Below are positions 62,084-64,000 of a stretch of 64,000 nt of DNA, one piece after another. The stretch is from an uncultured Holophagales bacterium. Lineage in GTDB: Bacteria > Acidobacteriota > Thermoanaerobaculia > Multivoradales > UBA5704. A program made the translations under genes and the position numbers. Location: contig CAWJGT010000009.1 of the NCBI GenBank assembly GCA_963842525.1, positions 128,001 through 192,000 of the forward strand, read 5' to 3'. Numbering within the stretch: position 1 is the first letter of the stretch; every line of letters begins with the position of its first letter. The notes below the pieces were generated by a model that did not search any database, was not told the origin of the DNA, and saw nothing but the letters and a program-made list of their open reading frames with translations.

Positions 62084-63100
62084 TCAACCAAAAGCTTGCG
62101 CCGACCTGAACGGCACCTGGTCGCGCAGGATGTAGTACGCGGCACGAGTCAGCTTGTTCGAGATCGTCCGCAGGGCCACCAACTCGTTGGTCCTGGCCCG
62201 CTTGCGCTCGTAGAGACGCTTGGCGAGGGGCTCGAACCGAATGGCGAAATGTGAGGCCTCCATGAACGCCCAGGACAGGTACGGGTTGCCATTGCGTACG
62301 TTGCCGGAGCCCTTGACCTTGCCGTTGCTGAGGTGCTGACTGGGTACACAGCGGCAGTAGGAGGAGAAGTGGCCCGCCTCGGCAAAGCGAGCGATGGAGC
62401 CGGTCTCGTACATGATCGTCAGGGCAAGGGTCAGACCGATGCCGGGAATGCTCTCGAGCAGCTCGAACTCGGGCCTCAGTCTGGCCTGTTTGAGAACAGT
62501 TTTCTCGATGCCAGAGATTTGGTCTTTCAGCGTGCGGGCGATCGCCAGGCTGCTCGTGATCGTCAAGGCAATATGTGGGTCTGTGAATTGCTCCTCGACC
62601 TGCTCGGCAGTCATGCGCTTGAGCTCGCTGAGAGGAACTTGAGCTCCGGTGTAGCGCGAGAAGACGTTTTTGACGCTCAGCAAGCTGGCGGTGCGCTGTC
62701 GCACCAGAAAGGCCCGGCGGCGCAGTAGATCCCGCACCGCGCGCTCCTTTTTCGGATAGATGTGGCCGGTGGGCAAAATGTTGAGGTGGAGTAGACGCGC
62801 CAGCCATCGCGCGTCATGGCGATCATCGACGTACTTCAACCCCTCGTACTGGCGAACTGCGGAGGTGTTGACCAAGCGAACCTCGTAGCCGGCCTCCATG
62901 AGGCCATCCACCAACCAGTACCAGTTGAAGGTGGACTCCACGGCGATCGCCTGGATCTGCTCCCGGAAGGGCTCCAGGGCTTCCAGGGCCGCCTCCAGAC
63001 GGTTGGGCAACCGACGGCTGAGGACAGCTTGTAGTTGTTCGTTCATCACCACGAGATAGCTGTTGGTTGAATGCAAGTCGATTCCGCAGTACAGTCCCAT
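62084..63100 (-). CDS. IS110-family transposase/recombinase
   Basis: GIDLH, VESTFNWYW, DD.HDA (DEDD RuvC); SIPGIG, S.G serine domain. Confidence 0.95.
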   Translation of the reverse strand: MGLYCGIDLHSTNSYLVVMNEQLQAVLSRRLPNRLEAALEALEPFREQIQAIAVESTFNWYWLVDGLMEAGYEVRLVNTSAVRQYEGLKYVDDRHDARWLARLLHLNILPTGHIYPKKERAVRDLLRRRAFLVRQRTASLLSVKNVFSRYTGAQVPLSELKRMTAEQVEEQFTDPHIALTITSSLAIARTLKDQISGIEKTVLKQARLRPEFELLESIPGIGLTLALTIMYETGSIARFAEAGHFSSYCRCVPSQHLSNGKVKGSGNVRNGNPYLSWAFMEASHFAIRFEPLAKRLYERKRARTNELVALRTISNKLTRAAYYILRDQVPFRSAQAFG

Positions 63101-63219
63101 ACGCTCCTCCTTTCAGGGATTGGTCTCCCGACGAGCCTATCGCGGCTCGTCAGAAGGGAGGAGCCTTCTAGAGGATCATCAGCCGAACAGTGTCTGGCGC
63201 CTCGGGCGGAGCAGCTCAG

Positions 63220-63653
63220 CACGAGATCGAGGTGGAGGACTGCGTGGTGGCAGCGCTAAGCTTCTCCAGTGGCGCTCGCGGCACGATCGTCGCCACCACC
63301 GCGGCCTCGCCGGGATTCCCGCACCGCGTCGAGGTCTATGGCAGCCGGGGCGGGGCGCAGATCGAGGGGGACGCGCTGGTCCGCTGGGAGGGCGATGCGC
63401 GCCCGGGATCCGCCCCCAGGCACCTGCGGCGGCACCTGCCGCGGTGGCCGCGGGATCGGGGGCCAGTCCCACTGGCATCGGCACCCTCGGGCACATCCTC
63501 ATCGTGCAGGATTTCGTCGCCACGATCCGCGAGGGTCGCGACCCGCTGGTGGACGGAGTCGAGGGTCGCCGATCCCTGGCGCTGGTCCTCGCCATCTACG
63601 AGGCCGCCGGCCTCGGCGGCGAGAATCGAGGGGTTACCCCAGAAACTTTCTGA
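63220..63653 (+). pseudogene. Gfo/Idh/MocA oxidoreductase C-terminal remnant
   Basis: EVED, R.EVYGS.G, H...VQDFV..IR.GR.P.V...EG.RSL..V.AIY; frameshifts. Confidence 0.7.
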
Positions 63654-64000
63654 GGTACCTCGGAACCCTTCTGAGGTGCTGGAAAAAAGTTTTGGGGTAC
63701 CTCAGAAGTTTTCCGAAGTACCCCAGAAACTTTTCGAGGTACCTCGGAACCGTTCTGAGGTACTGGAAAAAAGTTTTGGGGTACCTCAGAAGTTTTCCGA
63801 GGTACCTCAGAAACTTTTCGAGGTACCCCGGCACCGTTCTGAGGTACTGGAAAAAAGTTTTGGGGTACTTCAGAAGTTTTCCGAGGTACCTCAGAAACTT
63901 TTTGAGGTATCTCGGCACCGTTCTGAGGTACTGGAAAAAAGTTTTGAGGTACCTCAGAAGTTTTCCGAGGTACCTCAGAAACTTTTTGAGGTACTTCGGA
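63630..64000. repeat. 21-bp tandem repeat with 84-bp higher-order period; runs off the window edge
   Basis: Cycle GAGGTACCTCGGAACCGTTCT / GAGGTACTGGAAAAAAGTTTT / GGGGTACCTCAGAAGTTTTCC / GAGGTACCTCAGAAACTTTTC. Confidence 0.92.

Larger units (their letters stand above)
61641..63178 (-). mobile_element. IS110-family element, IS1111 type
   Basis: Subterminal IRs TAGAAGGCTC (61648-61657) and GAGCCTTCTA (63161-63170); CA core at both ends; long non-coding region downstream of tnp. Confidence 0.88.

Noticed and set aside
61634-63185. IS target being the GGTGCCAGCC dispersed motif (alternative CA core at 63180-63181)
   Set aside because: The guide match ATCAGCCG favours the core at 63177-63178, giving TAGGTGCCATCAGCCG
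63630-64000. CRISPR array (also considered for 11.4 kb and 32.4 kb)
   Set aside because: Units are contiguous and cyclic with no unique spacers; no cas genes in the window

Overview
High-GC bacterial window. The gene families point to Acidobacteriota, probably Thermoanaerobaculia; this is inference. Housekeeping and catabolic blocks are the ribA 3' end, a glycosyltransferase, comDE-like genes plus a cyclase, sbcDC, and a pectin/hexuronate utilisation locus (39.8-55.1 kb) with three LacI-type operators. Accessory stretches are: (1) a peptide/toxin neighbourhood at 1.8-8.2 kb with a HAE/PCxxC deaminase carrying QAK/VIQR motifs, two disulfide-rich mini-proteins (one defensin-like), LanC plus a LanA precursor with no LanB, and a secreted DPxG-repeat peptide upstream of a TPR protein; (2) two integron-type cassette arrays (8.6-11.0 kb and 36.1-38.1 kb) with no integrase in the window, each headed by the same ~55-bp attI-like sequence; (3) an AfsA-like butyrolactone synthase locus; (4) toxin-antitoxin-rich mosaics built from duplicated fragments; (5) an IS1111-type IS110 element whose non-coding end contains a readable target-binding loop matching its own flanks, plus a second loop on the same scaffold; (6) three unrelated 21-bp-period tandem repeats. 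Many single-base frameshifts in otherwise intact genes suggest long-read indel errors. All calls come from motif recognition by eye; no searches were run.
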